Source: Phycisphaera mikurensis NBRC 102666
Lineage (GTDB): Bacteria; Planctomycetota; Phycisphaerae; Phycisphaerales; Phycisphaeraceae
Direction: 5' to 3'
Assembly: GCF_000284115.1 (NCBI RefSeq)
Contig: NC_017080.1
Location: forward strand, 2,610,001 to 2,642,000
Length of the DNA stretch: 32,000 nt
Numbering within the stretch: position 1 is the stretch's first letter; each line of letters starts with the position of its first letter. Shown piece by piece: positions 1-9,531 of this stretch. The notes under the pieces are model-generated. The model saw nothing but the letters and a program-made list of their open reading frames with translations. It was not told the DNA's origin and made no database searches. A program made the position numbers and the translations under genes.

Positions 1-4
1 TCGC

Positions 5-80
5 GAGGCGGCGAAGCCGCCCTGCCCCTGCGGGGCGATGCAGCCGACGGAGCGTGGGGCACGATCCGCCCGCAGCGGCG
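5..80. repeat. Diverged partial copy of the palindromic element found at 23150-23285
   Basis: 76-nt ungapped match to 23195-23270 with 8 mismatches by eye. Shares CCCTGCCCCTGC(G/A)GGGCGATGCAGCCGACG. The left part may be cut off by the window edge. Confidence 0.8.
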
Positions 81-198
81 CTCAGGAGAGGGCGCACGGC
101 GTCCTCCTCGAGAGCAAGAAGGCACCCGCCGAGGAGAGGAAGCTCCGGGAGGAAGGACAGGGACGCTCGGCCGCCGCCTCCGCAAGGCGTGCCCCCCT

Positions 199-900
199 TC
201 AGCTCTGCTCGCTCTTGCGGATCCGCTCGTGGATCGCGTGCCGCGTGAGCTCGTTGCCGTTCTTGAGGCGCAGCTTCGCCTTGATCTTCTCGCGGTAGGT
301 CTCGACGGTCTTCACCGAGAGGTGCAGCGTGGCGGCGATCTCGCGGGAGCCCATGCCGTCGCCGATCATCTCGAAGACCTCCAGCTCGCGATCCGAGAGC
401 TGCTCGACCGCGGAAGGGCCCGGCTCGCCGTCGGTGCTCTTCTGCGTGGCGACCCGGGCGGCGGCGGCTTCGGAGAGGTACACCTCGCCGGCGGCCACCC
501 GCCGGACGGCGGCGACGATGTGGTCCGTCGCGAGGTCCTTGCGGAGGTAGCCCGAGGCGCCGGCACGCAGCACCCGATCGACGTAGAGGGATTCGTCGAG
601 CATCGAGCAGACGAGCATGCGGATCTTCCAGCCGTTGCCGTTGATCTGCTTGATGAGCTCGAGCCCGTGGCCGTCCCCCAGGGACAGGTCCACGAGAGCG
701 ACGTCGGGCTTGAGGCGTTCGAGCTCGCGGTGCGCCTCCGCGATGCTGGAGGCCTCGCCGACGACGTCGAGGTCGCTCTCGTCGTTGATGAGCTCCGCGA
801 GGCCGCGGCGGACGATCGGGTGGTCGTCGACGAGGACGACGCGGACGGTGCGGGCCGCGCCGGCGGGCGGGCTCTCGGGGTGGGATCGAAGCAGGGGCAT
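199..900 (-). CDS. LuxR/NarL-family response regulator
   Basis: Receiver domain (VRVVLVDDHPIVRRGL, PDVALVDLSLGDGHGLEL, GASGYLRKD) followed by LuxR HTH (LSDRELEVFEMIGDGMGSREIAATLHLSVKTVETYREKIKAKL). Confidence 0.96.
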   Translation of the reverse strand: MPLLRSHPESPPAGAARTVRVVLVDDHPIVRRGLAELINDESDLDVVGEASSIAEAHRELERLKPDVALVDLSLGDGHGLELIKQINGNGWKIRMLVCSMLDESLYVDRVLRAGASGYLRKDLATDHIVAAVRRVAAGEVYLSEAAAARVATQKSTDGEPGPSAVEQLSDRELEVFEMIGDGMGSREIAATLHLSVKTVETYREKIKAKLRLKNGNELTRHAIHERIRKSEQS

Positions 901-991
901 GGGCGGGGGTCGGGGGGGGTTCGGAAGCTGAGGGGCGGGGGCGGATCTTGACGTCGATCCAAGCAGGGGGAAGAAGCCGGGCGGAGGGAAC

Positions 992-2533
992 TCAGCGGGG
1001 CACGGTGACCCGGACGCACGTGCCGCGGCCGCTGCCGGTGGGCAGCGGCGAGCCCGAGCTGCCGGGCCGGCCGATCTCCAGGCGGCCGCCGACCTCCGAA
1101 GCCCGGTAGCCGAGGATCTGCATCCCGCGGCCGGTGCTCTCGGAGTCCAGCATGCCGGAGCCCTCGCAGGACGTGCCGCAGCCGTCGTCGGTCACGCTGA
1201 GCACCAGCGCCGCGTCGTCGACCAGGAGCTCGATCTCGATGAGCTCGGCGTCGGCGTGGCGGGCGGCGTTGATCGCCGCCTCCTGCGCCATCGCGAGGAA
1301 GTGGTTGGCCGCCTCCTCCTGCAGCACGCCGACCACCGGCATGCAGCGGCTCGTGGCGGGCACGCCGTAGAAGTTCTGCACGTTCGACGCCACCTGGCCC
1401 AGCGCCACCGGCAGCTCTTCCACGGCGATCCGCTCGGGCGTCAACCCCGAGATCATCCGGCGGACCTCGGTGCTCGCCGACGCCACCACCTCGGCGATCT
1501 CGTCGAGGGCGGAGAGCTTCGGCACCTCGCCCCGCTTCACCTGGCGGCGGACCTTCTCGATGAGCATCCGCACGCCGGTGAACTGCTGGCCGATGCCGTC
1601 GTGGAGGTTGCGGCCCATCGCCTGGCGCTCCTCCACCGCCTTCTCCAGCACCGCCGCCTGCAGCGCCGACTGGCGCTGCTCGGTGATGTCGGTAACGACG
1701 GCGAGCACGCCCAGCGGCTCGCCGTCGGCGTCGTAGAGCGGAGACTTGTCGGTCCGCAGCCAGATCCGCTTGCCCGAGGGGAGGGTCTGCTTCTCCACGT
1801 ACCCGAGCTTGGCGACGCCGCTCTTGAGCACGTCCATGTCGTCGGCGTAGTAGCTCGCGGCCTCCTCCGGGAACAGCTCCTCGGTGCTGCGGCCCTCGAT
1901 CCGGTCCAGCGGCATCCCCATCAGGTCCGCCACCGCCTGGTTCACACGCAGCACGTTGTTGTGGCAGTCCTTGAAGAAGATGAGCGCCGGAACCGCGTTG
2001 AAGATCATCCGCAGCTCGTTGTAGAGCCGCTGGGTCTCGTGCTCCTGCCGCTTCCGCTGGGTGATGTTCTTGGTGTGGATCGCGACGCCGTCGCCGACCT
2101 TCACCGCCTGGAACTGGAGCCACGACGCGTGGATGCCGTCCGCCTCCGCGAAGCTGTCTTCGCGGAGCATCGGCTCGCCGCTCTCGACGACGCGGGCGTA
2201 GAGCTCGAAGTAGCCGCGTTCCCGGTTGATGGGGAGCAGCTCGCAGAGCCGCTGCCCGATGACGTCCGCGCGACGCCGCCCGATGATGTCCGCGCCGTTT
2301 TCGTTGAGCTCCGTGAAGCGGAAGTCGATGATCGTGCCCTCCGCGTCGCGGACGGCGTCGAGCAGATAGAAGGCGTCGAGCATGCCCCCCGCCGCGGCGT
2401 GGAACCGGTCCTCGGATCGGCGCAGCCGGGCACGGAGCCCCTCGACCGTGTCGGCGGGCTCGGCGGGTTCGGGTGGTGTGGGCGGCGAAGAGTCCAAGGC
2501 TTTCTGAAGGTTGCGGGTGCTGATTATCGGCAA
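992..2533 (-). CDS. PAS-domain sensor histidine kinase, NarX/HPK7-like (HisKA_3)
   Basis: Two PAS-like segments, the dimerisation/H-box [28 protein letters not shown], and an ATPase region VTDDGCG...[11 protein letters not shown]. The ORF is open to 3019. TTG codons at 2533 and 2497 are possible starts, so the 5' end is uncertain. It lies directly upstream of the response regulator on the same strand. Confidence 0.9.
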   Translation of the reverse strand: MPIISTRNLQKALDSSPPTPPEPAEPADTVEGLRARLRRSEDRFHAAAGGMLDAFYLLDAVRDAEGTIIDFRFTELNENGADIIGRRRADVIGQRLCELLPINRERGYFELYARVVESGEPMLREDSFAEADGIHASWLQFQAVKVGDGVAIHTKNITQRKRQEHETQRLYNELRMIFNAVPALIFFKDCHNNVLRVNQAVADLMGMPLDRIEGRSTEELFPEEAASYYADDMDVLKSGVAKLGYVEKQTLPSGKRIWLRTDKSPLYDADGEPLGVLAVVTDITEQRQSALQAAVLEKAVEERQAMGRNLHDGIGQQFTGVRMLIEKVRRQVKRGEVPKLSALDEIAEVVASASTEVRRMISGLTPERIAVEELPVALGQVASNVQNFYGVPATSRCMPVVGVLQEEAANHFLAMAQEAAINAARHADAELIEIELLVDDAALVLSVTDDGCGTSCEGSGMLDSESTGRGMQILGYRASEVGGRLEIGRPGSSGSPLPTGSGRGTCVRVTVPR

Positions 2534-2607
2534 CCCGTCGCCCCGCCGAGCCGAAAAGGGCCGGTCTGAGAACAGATTCAGGGGTCCCCCGATCTCGCCG
2601 CCGCCCG

Positions 2608-2835
2608 CTACCACGGCGTGCTGAACCCCATCGCCCGCACGGCGCACCAGCCGATCGCGCCCTCGACCACGCAGAACGCGCCGCCCGCCGCCGCGCCCGC
2701 CACCGCGATCCACCACGCGGGGTGATCCAGCACGCCCGCCAGGACCAGCATCGCGAGCACCACCGCCGCCGCGAGCGTGGCGATGCCGATGGCCAGCCGC
2801 CGCGTGCGGCCCGTTCTGTCGATGTTGCAGGGCAT
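2608..2835 (-). CDS. Small YgaP/DUF2892-like membrane protein (75 aa)
   Basis: [76 protein letters not shown]-terminal CNIDRxGR and C-terminal GWCxxxxxxGxxT resemble DUF2892, with two hydrophobic segments. In the track it is buried in the 689-aa antisense ORF 2608-4677. Confidence 0.75.
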   Translation of the reverse strand: MPCNIDRTGRTRRLAIGIATLAAAVVLAMLVLAGVLDHPAWWIAVAGAAAGGAFCVVEGAIGWCAVRAMGFSTPW

Positions 2836-2991
2836 GACAGAGGTTACGCGCTGGCTCAGCCGGCCGGAGCGGGGGCCAGCGCCACAGAAGTTGCAGGTGG
2901 AGGGGGACCCGTTTGCGCATCCCGGGCGCGGCCGCGAGCGGGTCGGCCGGTGCATTACGCTCCCCCGCCGCACGCCGCGGGGTTGCCGCCC

Positions 2992-4626
2992 ATGAGCACC
3001 ACGCCCCCCGCCCCCGCATTCGACGTCACCGCCGACCTGCCGCCCGGCGTCGTCGGGCAGGCCGTGCCGATCCTGGATTTCGGCAGCCAGTACGTGCAGC
3101 TGATCGCGCGGCGCGTGCGTGAGCAGGGCGTGTACGCCGTCCTCGTCCCGCCGGACCTGCCCGTGGAGGAGATCGACCGGCTCGATCCCCGCGGGATCAT
3201 CCTCTCCGGCGGCCCGTCCTCGGTTCACGAGGAAGGTTCGCCGCGGCCGGATCCGCGGCTGCTCGACCACTACCTCGGCCGAGGCGTGCCGGTGCTGGGC
3301 ATCTGCTACGGGATGCAGGTCGGCTGCCAGCTGCTCGGGGCCGAGGTGCAACCCGCCGCGTCGCGCGAGTACGGGCGCGTGAAGCTCACCAGCGGCGTGC
3401 ACGAGGACGCCTTCCTCAAGGGCATCCCCTGCGAGACCACCGCCTGGATGTCCCACGGCGACCAGGTGAACACGCTGCCCGGCGCGGACTTCGTGCCGCT
3501 GGCGTCCACGCCGACCTGCCCGTACGCGGCCGTCCGCCACCGCACCCGGCCGTTCTTCGGCGTGCAGTTCCACCCCGAGGTGACGCACACGCCGCACGGG
3601 AAGGACCTGCTCGCCAACTTCCTCTTCGACGCCTGCGGCTGCGACGGCAGCTGGACGATGGCCGACTTCGTCGAGGGCGAGAGCGAGCGGATCCGGCGGA
3701 CGGTCGGCGAGGACCGCGTGATCCTCGGGCTGTCCGGGGGCGTGGACTCCTCGGTGGTCGCGGCCCTGCTCGCGAAGTCGATCGGCCGGAGGTGCACCTG
3801 CATCTTCGTCGACAACGGCCTCCTGCGGACCGGGGAGCGGCAGCTGGTCGAGCACACCTTCCGCGGGCACTTCGACGTGGACCTCCGCGTGGTGGACGCG
3901 AGCGAAGCCTTCCTCGCCGACCTCGCGGGCGTGACCGATCCGCAGGAGAAACGCCGAAGGATCGGCTCCCGCTTCATCGACGTCTTCAAGGCCTCCGCCG
4001 ACGCCATCGCCGGCGAGGGCGGCGGCGGCCCCGTGAAGTTCCTCGCCCAGGGCACGCTCTACCCCGACGTCATCGAGAGCGGCCACGGCCACACCGGCGC
4101 CGCCGCCAACATCAAGCTGCACCACAACGTCGGCGGCCTGCCCGAGCGGCTGGGCTTCTCGCTGCTCGAGCCGCTGCGGAACCTCTTCAAGGACGAGGTC
4201 CGCAAGCTCGGCGAGGTGCTCGGCCTGCCCGAGGCGATGGTCTGGCGCCACCCCTTCCCGGGCCCGGGCCTCGCGGTGCGGATCCTCGGCGAGGTGGAGC
4301 CGAGTGGCCTGGCGATGATCCGCCGGTCCGACGAGATCCTCCTCGAGGAGCTCGTCGCCGCGAACCTGTACCGCAAGACCGCGCAGGTGTTCGCGGTGTT
4401 GCTGCCGGTGAAGTCCGTGGGCGTCATGGGCGACGGCCGCACGCACGAGCAGGTCGTTGCGATCCGGGCCGTCGAGAGCCAGGACTTCATGACCGCGGAC
4501 TGGGCCCGCCTCCCCTACGAGGTGCTCGCGACGGTGAGCAACCGCATCATCAACGAGGTCCGCGGCGTGAACCGCGTCGTCTACGACATCAGCTCCAAGC
4601 CGCCGGCGACCATCGAGTGGGAGTGA
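2992..4626 (+). CDS. guaA: GMP synthase (glutamine-hydrolysing)
   Basis: Class I amidotransferase domain ([36 protein letters not shown]) plus ATP-pyrophosphatase domain ([16 protein letters not shown]) and the GuaA C-terminus (PPATIEWE). ATG at 2992. Confidence 0.98.
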   Translation: MSTTPPAPAFDVTADLPPGVVGQAVPILDFGSQYVQLIARRVREQGVYAVLVPPDLPVEEIDRLDPRGIILSGGPSSVHEEGSPRPDPRLLDHYLGRGVPVLGICYGMQVGCQLLGAEVQPAASREYGRVKLTSGVHEDAFLKGIPCETTAWMSHGDQVNTLPGADFVPLASTPTCPYAAVRHRTRPFFGVQFHPEVTHTPHGKDLLANFLFDACGCDGSWTMADFVEGESERIRRTVGEDRVILGLSGGVDSSVVAALLAKSIGRRCTCIFVDNGLLRTGERQLVEHTFRGHFDVDLRVVDASEAFLADLAGVTDPQEKRRRIGSRFIDVFKASADAIAGEGGGGPVKFLAQGTLYPDVIESGHGHTGAAANIKLHHNVGGLPERLGFSLLEPLRNLFKDEVRKLGEVLGLPEAMVWRHPFPGPGLAVRILGEVEPSGLAMIRRSDEILLEELVAANLYRKTAQVFAVLLPVKSVGVMGDGRTHEQVVAIRAVESQDFMTADWARLPYEVLATVSNRIINEVRGVNRVVYDISSKPPATIEWE

Positions 4627-4629
4627 GCG

Positions 4630-5035
4630 GAAGCGGGGAAGCGACGCTTGGTGTACGCGCGTGCGGAGGGGCTGCATGGACCGCGAACGGCGAGGCCGCG
4701 GGGTGGGCCGGATTGGATGAGCGAAGAAGCGAAGAAGCGAAGAAGCGAGGAAGCGAAGAAGTCAGACAGGAACAGGAAGCGGGGAAGCGACGTTTGGTGC
4801 ACGCGCGTGCGCAGAGGCTGCATGGACCGCGAAGGACGAGGCCGCGGGTCGGGCCGGGCTGGGTGAGCGAGGAAGCGAAGAAGCGAGGAAGCGAAGAAGT
4901 CGGACAGGAACAGGAGGCGGGGAAGCGACGTTTGGTGCACGCGCGTGCGCAGAGGCTGCATGGACCGCGAAGGTCGAGGCCGCGGGTCGGGCCGGGCTGG
5001 GTGAGCGAGGAAGCGAAGAAGTCAGGCAAGAGCAG
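4630..5035. repeat. Three tandem ~138-146 bp units
   Basis: The segment (G/T)TGCACGCGCGTGCGCAGAGGCTGCATGGACCGCGAAGG.CGAGGCCGCGGGTCGGGCCGGGCTGG recurs with anchors (gcgtgc) at 4659, 4805 and 4943, spacing 146 and 138. Units alternate with GAAGCGAAGAAGCG-type stretches. The first unit is the most diverged. Confidence 0.9.
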
Positions 5036-5068
5036 GAACGGCTGCTGACTTTCTGACTTCTTCGCTTC
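5010..5068. terminator. Inverted repeat, candidate bidirectional terminator between guaA and hisB
   Basis: GAAGCGAAGAAGTCAG (5010-5025) is exactly complementary to CTGACTTCTTCGCTTC (5053-5068). It lies between two convergent genes. Confidence 0.5.
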
Positions 5069-5198
5069 TTCGCTTCCCCGCTTCTTCGCTTCTCCGCTTC
5101 CCCGCTTCCCCGCTTCCCCGCTTCTTCGCTTCTTCGCTTCCCCGCTTCCCCGCTTCCCCGCTTCTTCGCTTCCCCGCTTCTTCGCTTCCCCGCTTCCC
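5063..5198. repeat. Tandem octamer array, 17 units of CGCTTC(TT/CC/TC)
   Basis: Exact 8-bp periodicity from 5063 to 5198, with variation confined to the last two bases of the unit. It ends 1 nt before the hisB stop codon. Confidence 0.95.
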
Positions 5199-5199
5199 C

Positions 5200-5823
5200 T
5201 CAGATCGACCCCTTCGTGCTCATGATCTCGTCGCTCGTCACCGCCACCGCGGCCTTGAGCGCGCGGCCGAAGGCTTTGAAGACGGCCTCGGCGAGGTGGT
5301 GGTTGTTGGTGCCCCAGGGGCACTCGACGTGCAGGTTCATGCGCGCGTTCTGGCTGACGGCGACGAAGAACTCCTCGACGAGCTGGACGTCGAAGACGCC
5401 GATCCGCTCGCCGGCGATGGCGGGGTGGTCGACGCCGTAGGAGGTCCAGGGCACGCGGAAGACCAGCGCCGCCCGGCCGGAGAGGTCGAGGGCCACCCGG
5501 GCGAGGGACTCGTCCATCGGCACGTCGGCGCTGCCGTAGCGCTCGATGCCGCGCTTGTCGCCGAGGGCCTCGGCCAGGGCCTGCCCCAGGGCGATGCCGA
5601 CGTCCTCGACGCTGTGGTGGTCGTCGATGTGGGTGTCGCCGGTGCAGGCCGCGGCGAGGCGGAAGCGGCCGTGGCGGCCGACGTGGTGCAGCATGTGGTC
5701 GAAGAAGCCGACGCCGGTGCGGATCTCGGCGGGGTCGGTGCGGGCGCCCGCCGACAGGTCGACGGCCACGCGGATGTCGGTCTCTTGGGTCCGGCGGACC
5801 ACCTCGGCGTGTCGCGGGTTCAT
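5200..5823 (-). CDS. hisB: Imidazoleglycerol-phosphate dehydratase
   Basis: GVGFFDHMLHHVGRHGRF, DTHIDDHHSVEDVGIALGQAL, CPWGTNNHHLAEAVFKAFGRAL. Confidence 0.97.
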   Translation of the reverse strand: MNPRHAEVVRRTQETDIRVAVDLSAGARTDPAEIRTGVGFFDHMLHHVGRHGRFRLAAACTGDTHIDDHHSVEDVGIALGQALAEALGDKRGIERYGSADVPMDESLARVALDLSGRAALVFRVPWTSYGVDHPAIAGERIGVFDVQLVEEFFVAVSQNARMNLHVECPWGTNNHHLAEAVFKAFGRALKAAVAVTSDEIMSTKGSI

Positions 5824-5832
5824 GCGGAGGTT

Positions 5833-7038
5833 CTACCGCAGACCGTCGAGCACCTCGAGCAGCAGGTCGACCTGCTCGGGCGTGCCGACGGTGATCCGCA
5901 GCCGGTCGGCGAGGGCGGGCGTGTCGAAGTGCCGGATCAGCACGTCGTTGCTCTTGAGGCCCAGGTACAGCCGGCGAGCCTCGCCGGGCCCGCCGGCCAC
6001 GCGGGCGAGCACGAAGTTGCTCTGCGAATCGAGGACGCCGAAGCCGCGTTCGCGGAGGGCCGCCGTCAGCCGGGTTCGCTCGCCGCGGACCGCGGCCCAG
6101 GAAGCCTCCGCGTGCGTGCGGTCCGCGAGAGCGGCGGCCGCGGCGGCCTGGGCGTACGCGTCGAGGTTGTACGAGTCGCGGGCCTTGTCCAGCAGGGCGA
6201 TCAGCGAGGGGTGGCCGACGCCGAAGCCGACCCGCAGGCCGGCGAGGGCGTAGCCCTTGGAGAGGGATCGCAGCAGCAGGACGTCGGTCCGGGCGTCGCC
6301 GGCGGGGGCGACCAGCCCGGCCGCGTCGGCGTCGGCGAAGTCGGCGTAGGCCTCGTCCACGACGAGCAGGCCCTCGAAGGCGTCGGCGAGGCGCACGAGC
6401 CAGGCGGCTTCCTCCCGGCGTCCGGAGGGCGCGTGCGGGTTCACGACGAAGCCGAGGCGAGATCCGGTCGCGTTCCACGCCGCGGCGATGGTCTCGGGCT
6501 CGGGCGGGGCGAGCGTGTCGGGGTCGCGCGGGACCTCGGTCGCGGTCGCTCCGTGGATGCCGGCGAGCACGCCGTAGAGCGAGTAGCTGGGCGTGGTGAG
6601 CCCGATGCCGCCGGTGCCCGGGCCCGAGCCCGCCGCCATGGGCGCCGGCTCGCAGAAGGCGGTGATGAGCAGCCGCAGGAGCTCGTCGCCGCCGTTGGTG
6701 CCGATCACGCTCTTCGCCGTGAAGCCGCGGCCTGCGGGGTGATTCAACGCCGCCGCCGCCGCCGCCCGCAGCCGGTCGGAGGCCGGCGGCGGGTACAGCC
6801 GCAACGCCTCCGCGGGCAGCGCCGCCACCGCCTCCAGCGCCCGGGGCGACGGGGGGTACGGATTCTCGTTGGTGTTCAGCTTCACCACCGGCCGCAACGG
6901 GCGGGCGGTGTCCGCCCAGGTCGGCTGCTCCCCGGGCACGTACGCGTGCAGCCCCTCGATCGCGGCGCGCGCCCGCGGCCGCGGCGAGGCGTCGGCGGCG
7001 GCGGCGGGTTCGGCGGGCGGAGCGGAGGACGACGGCAC
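5833..7038 (-). CDS. hisC: Histidinol-phosphate aminotransferase
   Basis: KLNTNENPYPPSPRALEA, NGGDELLRLLITAFCEP, PLP-lysine region LLRSLSKGYALAGLRVGFGVG, SQSNFVLARV. Start possibly downstream of 7038 (e.g. around LHAYVPGEQP). Confidence 0.95.
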   Translation of the reverse strand: MPSSSAPPAEPAAAADASPRPRARAAIEGLHAYVPGEQPTWADTARPLRPVVKLNTNENPYPPSPRALEAVAALPAEALRLYPPPASDRLRAAAAAALNHPAGRGFTAKSVIGTNGGDELLRLLITAFCEPAPMAAGSGPGTGGIGLTTPSYSLYGVLAGIHGATATEVPRDPDTLAPPEPETIAAAWNATGSRLGFVVNPHAPSGRREEAAWLVRLADAFEGLLVVDEAYADFADADAAGLVAPAGDARTDVLLLRSLSKGYALAGLRVGFGVGHPSLIALLDKARDSYNLDAYAQAAAAAALADRTHAEASWAAVRGERTRLTAALRERGFGVLDSQSNFVLARVAGGPGEARRLYLGLKSNDVLIRHFDTPALADRLRITVGTPEQVDLLLEVLDGLR

Positions 7039-7235
7039 GCCGATACGTTAAAGAGTCGGCTCCAGCCGCCCGGGCCCGGTGCCGGCCGGCCGCGGCGCCG
7101 GGGAGCCCCGGGCCGCGGTCCGCAAGGCATCCCGGGAGCCGCTGAAGCAGCGCGGCCACGCCCCGCCCGCGGCGGGGGCTTCGGCCCCGCGGGAGCCCGC
7201 CGCGACCAACCTCGAAACCCGCGAAGCGGAGCAGC

Positions 7236-8411
7236 TTGCCCAACCACATCCCCCTCTCCCAGCCCGACCTCGGCGACGCCGAGATCTCCGCCGTGGTCGA
7301 CGTGCTGCGGAGCGGCCGGCTCTCGATCGGCCCGCAGCAAGAAGCCTTCGAGCACGCGGTCGCCCGGCGCAGCGGCCGCATGCACGGCGTCGCCGTCAAC
7401 TCCGGCACCGCCGGGCTGCACCTCGCGCTGCTGGCCCTGGGCATCGGTCCCGGCGACGAGGTCATCACCACGCCCTTCTCGTTCGTTGCCTCGGCCAACG
7501 TGATCCTGATGGTCGGCGCGACGCCGGTCTTCGTCGACGTCTGCCCGCGCTCGCTGAACCTCGAGCCCGCCGGCGTCGAGGCGGCGGTGACCGAGAGGAC
7601 CCGGGCCATCCTCGCGGTCGAGGTCTTCGGCAACACCACGCACATGGCCGCGCTCGAGGCCGTCGCCCGGAAGCACGAGATCCCGCTGGTGGAGGACTGC
7701 TGCGAGGCGTTGGGCGGCCGCGACGCCACCGGCCGCGACGCCGGCGGGTTCGGCCGCGTCGGCGTCTACGGCTTCTACCCCAACAAGCAGGTGACCACCG
7801 GCGAGGGCGGGATGATCGTCACCGACGACGACCAGCTCGCCGACCTCTGCCGCAGCCTGCGCAACCAGGGCCGGGCCGTGAACGCCCACTCCGGCCTCGC
7901 CGGCCGCATCGGCTCGTGGCTCACCCACGAGCGGCTGGGCTTCAACTGCCGGCTCTCGGAGATCGCCGCCGCCCTGGGCGTCGTGCAGATGCAGCGGCTC
8001 GACGAGATGCTCGAGAAGCGTCGCCGCGTCGCCGGCTGGTACACGCAGCACCTGATGGACGCGCCCGAGCTGGTGCTGCCCCAGCCCGAGCCCGGCAGCG
8101 AGGGCCAGCACTCCTGGTTCGTCTACGTCGTGCGGCTGTCCAGCGGCTTCGGGCCCGCCGAGCGCGACGCCGTGATCGACGGCCTCCGCAAGCACGACAT
8201 CGGCGCGAGCAACTACTTCCCCTGCATCCATCTGCAGCCCTTCTACCGGGAGGTGCTCGGCGACCTCTCGGGGCGGTTCCCCGTGGCCGAGCGGGCGAGC
8301 GGCAAGACGATCGCGCTGCCCTTCTTCCCCGACCTCGACGAGACCCGGGTCGAGCTGGTCTGCCGCCGCCTCCGCGACCTGATCGCCGCCGAGGGCTTGC
8401 GACGCGCCTGA
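7236..8411 (+). CDS. DegT/DnrJ/EryC1/StrS-family aminotransferase
   Basis: IPLSQPDLGDAEISAVVDVLRSG, VNSGTAGLHLALLALGIGPGDEVITTPFSFVASAN, EDCCEALGG, GFYPNKQVTTGEGGMI. Confidence 0.93.
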   Translation: MPNHIPLSQPDLGDAEISAVVDVLRSGRLSIGPQQEAFEHAVARRSGRMHGVAVNSGTAGLHLALLALGIGPGDEVITTPFSFVASANVILMVGATPVFVDVCPRSLNLEPAGVEAAVTERTRAILAVEVFGNTTHMAALEAVARKHEIPLVEDCCEALGGRDATGRDAGGFGRVGVYGFYPNKQVTTGEGGMIVTDDDQLADLCRSLRNQGRAVNAHSGLAGRIGSWLTHERLGFNCRLSEIAAALGVVQMQRLDEMLEKRRRVAGWYTQHLMDAPELVLPQPEPGSEGQHSWFVYVVRLSSGFGPAERDAVIDGLRKHDIGASNYFPCIHLQPFYREVLGDLSGRFPVAERASGKTIALPFFPDLDETRVELVCRRLRDLIAAEGLRRA

Positions 8412-8517
8412 GCCGCGGCCGCGGACCGTGCCGCTTGCGGGGCCGGCGGCCCGCCGGTCCGCGGCTCCGCCGGCTCGCTTTTCAGACACGATCGCCCCCG
8501 GGACCGAAGGAGGGGGG

Positions 8518-9489
8518 ATGAAGAACCTTTCCGGTCGCCCTCTCCCGTCCCCTCCCTCCCTCGCCCTGCTGATCGCCGCCGGCCTCGCCCCCGCGGCCGC
8601 CGCGAACGCTCAGGTCGAACTCGCCAACGGCGACACCCTCGACGCGGCCGTCGTGCCCACCGACGGCGTCGACGAGGAAGGCAACCCGGTGGTCACGCTC
8701 GACCACCCCTCGCTGGGCCTGATCACCGTGCCGGCCTCTGCCGTCGCACCCGAAGACCGCGGCGTGAGCGGGGCCTCCGGAACCGCCGCCGAGGCGGCGA
8801 ACGCGATGACGGAGGTCATCGACTCGGTGCTCTTCCCGGGCTGGGACAAGACGCTGAGCGCCGGCTTCAACGGCCGCACCGGCAACACCGAGACGCTGAG
8901 CTTCTACGGCGCCTTCCGCACCGGGATCGAGGACGAGCGCCGCCGCTGGGACGTGAAGGCCGACTACTTCCGCGCCACCGAGGACGGCGAGGCGACCGAG
9001 AGCAACCTCATCTTCCGCGCCGACCGCGACTGGCTCGTCCCCGGCGAGGACTACTTCTACTTCGCCCGCGGCACCGCCGAGTACGACCAGTTCGAGGCTT
9101 GGGAGCAGCGGCTGGGCCTGTACGGCGGCGTCGGCTACCAGTTCCTCGACGACGACCGGCACAGCCTGCTCGGCCGCGTGGGCGTGGGTGCGATCTACGA
9201 GTTCGGCGGCAACGAGGACTTCACGGTCGAGGGGCTGATCGGGATCGAGTACGCCTACCAGATCACCGAGAACCAGAGCATCGAGCTGCGGAACACCACC
9301 TACCCCGCGCTGGATCCGTTCTTCGCGGAGTTCCGCAACGTCACGGAGCTGAACTACAAGGTGCAGATTGCCGCCGGGGATGGGCTCTCGCTGAAGCTCG
9401 GCGTCTACAACGAGTACGAGTCGGAGGTGGACGACGGCCTCGACAACAACGACTTCAAGTACTTCGGTGCCCTGGTCTACGACTTCTGA
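8518..9489 (+). CDS. DUF481-like secreted/outer-membrane beta-barrel protein
   Basis: Signal peptide MKNLSGRPLPSPPSLALLIAAGLAPAAAANAQ, then GWDKTLSAGFNGRTGNTETLSFYG, WDVKADYFRATEDGEATESN and alternating aromatic strands to a terminal VYDF. AGGAGGGG precedes the ATG. Confidence 0.78.
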   Translation: MKNLSGRPLPSPPSLALLIAAGLAPAAAANAQVELANGDTLDAAVVPTDGVDEEGNPVVTLDHPSLGLITVPASAVAPEDRGVSGASGTAAEAANAMTEVIDSVLFPGWDKTLSAGFNGRTGNTETLSFYGAFRTGIEDERRRWDVKADYFRATEDGEATESNLIFRADRDWLVPGEDYFYFARGTAEYDQFEAWEQRLGLYGGVGYQFLDDDRHSLLGRVGVGAIYEFGGNEDFTVEGLIGIEYAYQITENQSIELRNTTYPALDPFFAEFRNVTELNYKVQIAAGDGLSLKLGVYNEYESEVDDGLDNNDFKYFGALVYDF

Positions 9490-9531
9490 CCCGCGGCGAC
9501 GCCGCCGCCGGACCGGCAGCGCCAAGGCGGC

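Noticed and set aside
4627-5200. Apparent [11 protein letters not shown]-type repeat protein encoded by the repeat island
   Set aside because: The island lies between two normal convergent stop codons and contains no independent domain or convincing start. The peptide pattern is simply the translation of the 8-bp DNA repeat.
4627-5200. CRISPR array
   Set aside because: The repeats are direct octamers and long imperfect tandem units, not ~25-37 bp repeats with unique spacers. No cas genes nearby.
4589-7729. 1046-aa minus-strand ORF across guaA end, repeats, hisB and hisC
   Set aside because: Shadow frame of hisB/hisC. Arg/Pro/Ala-rich low-complexity translation, and it crosses the repeat island.
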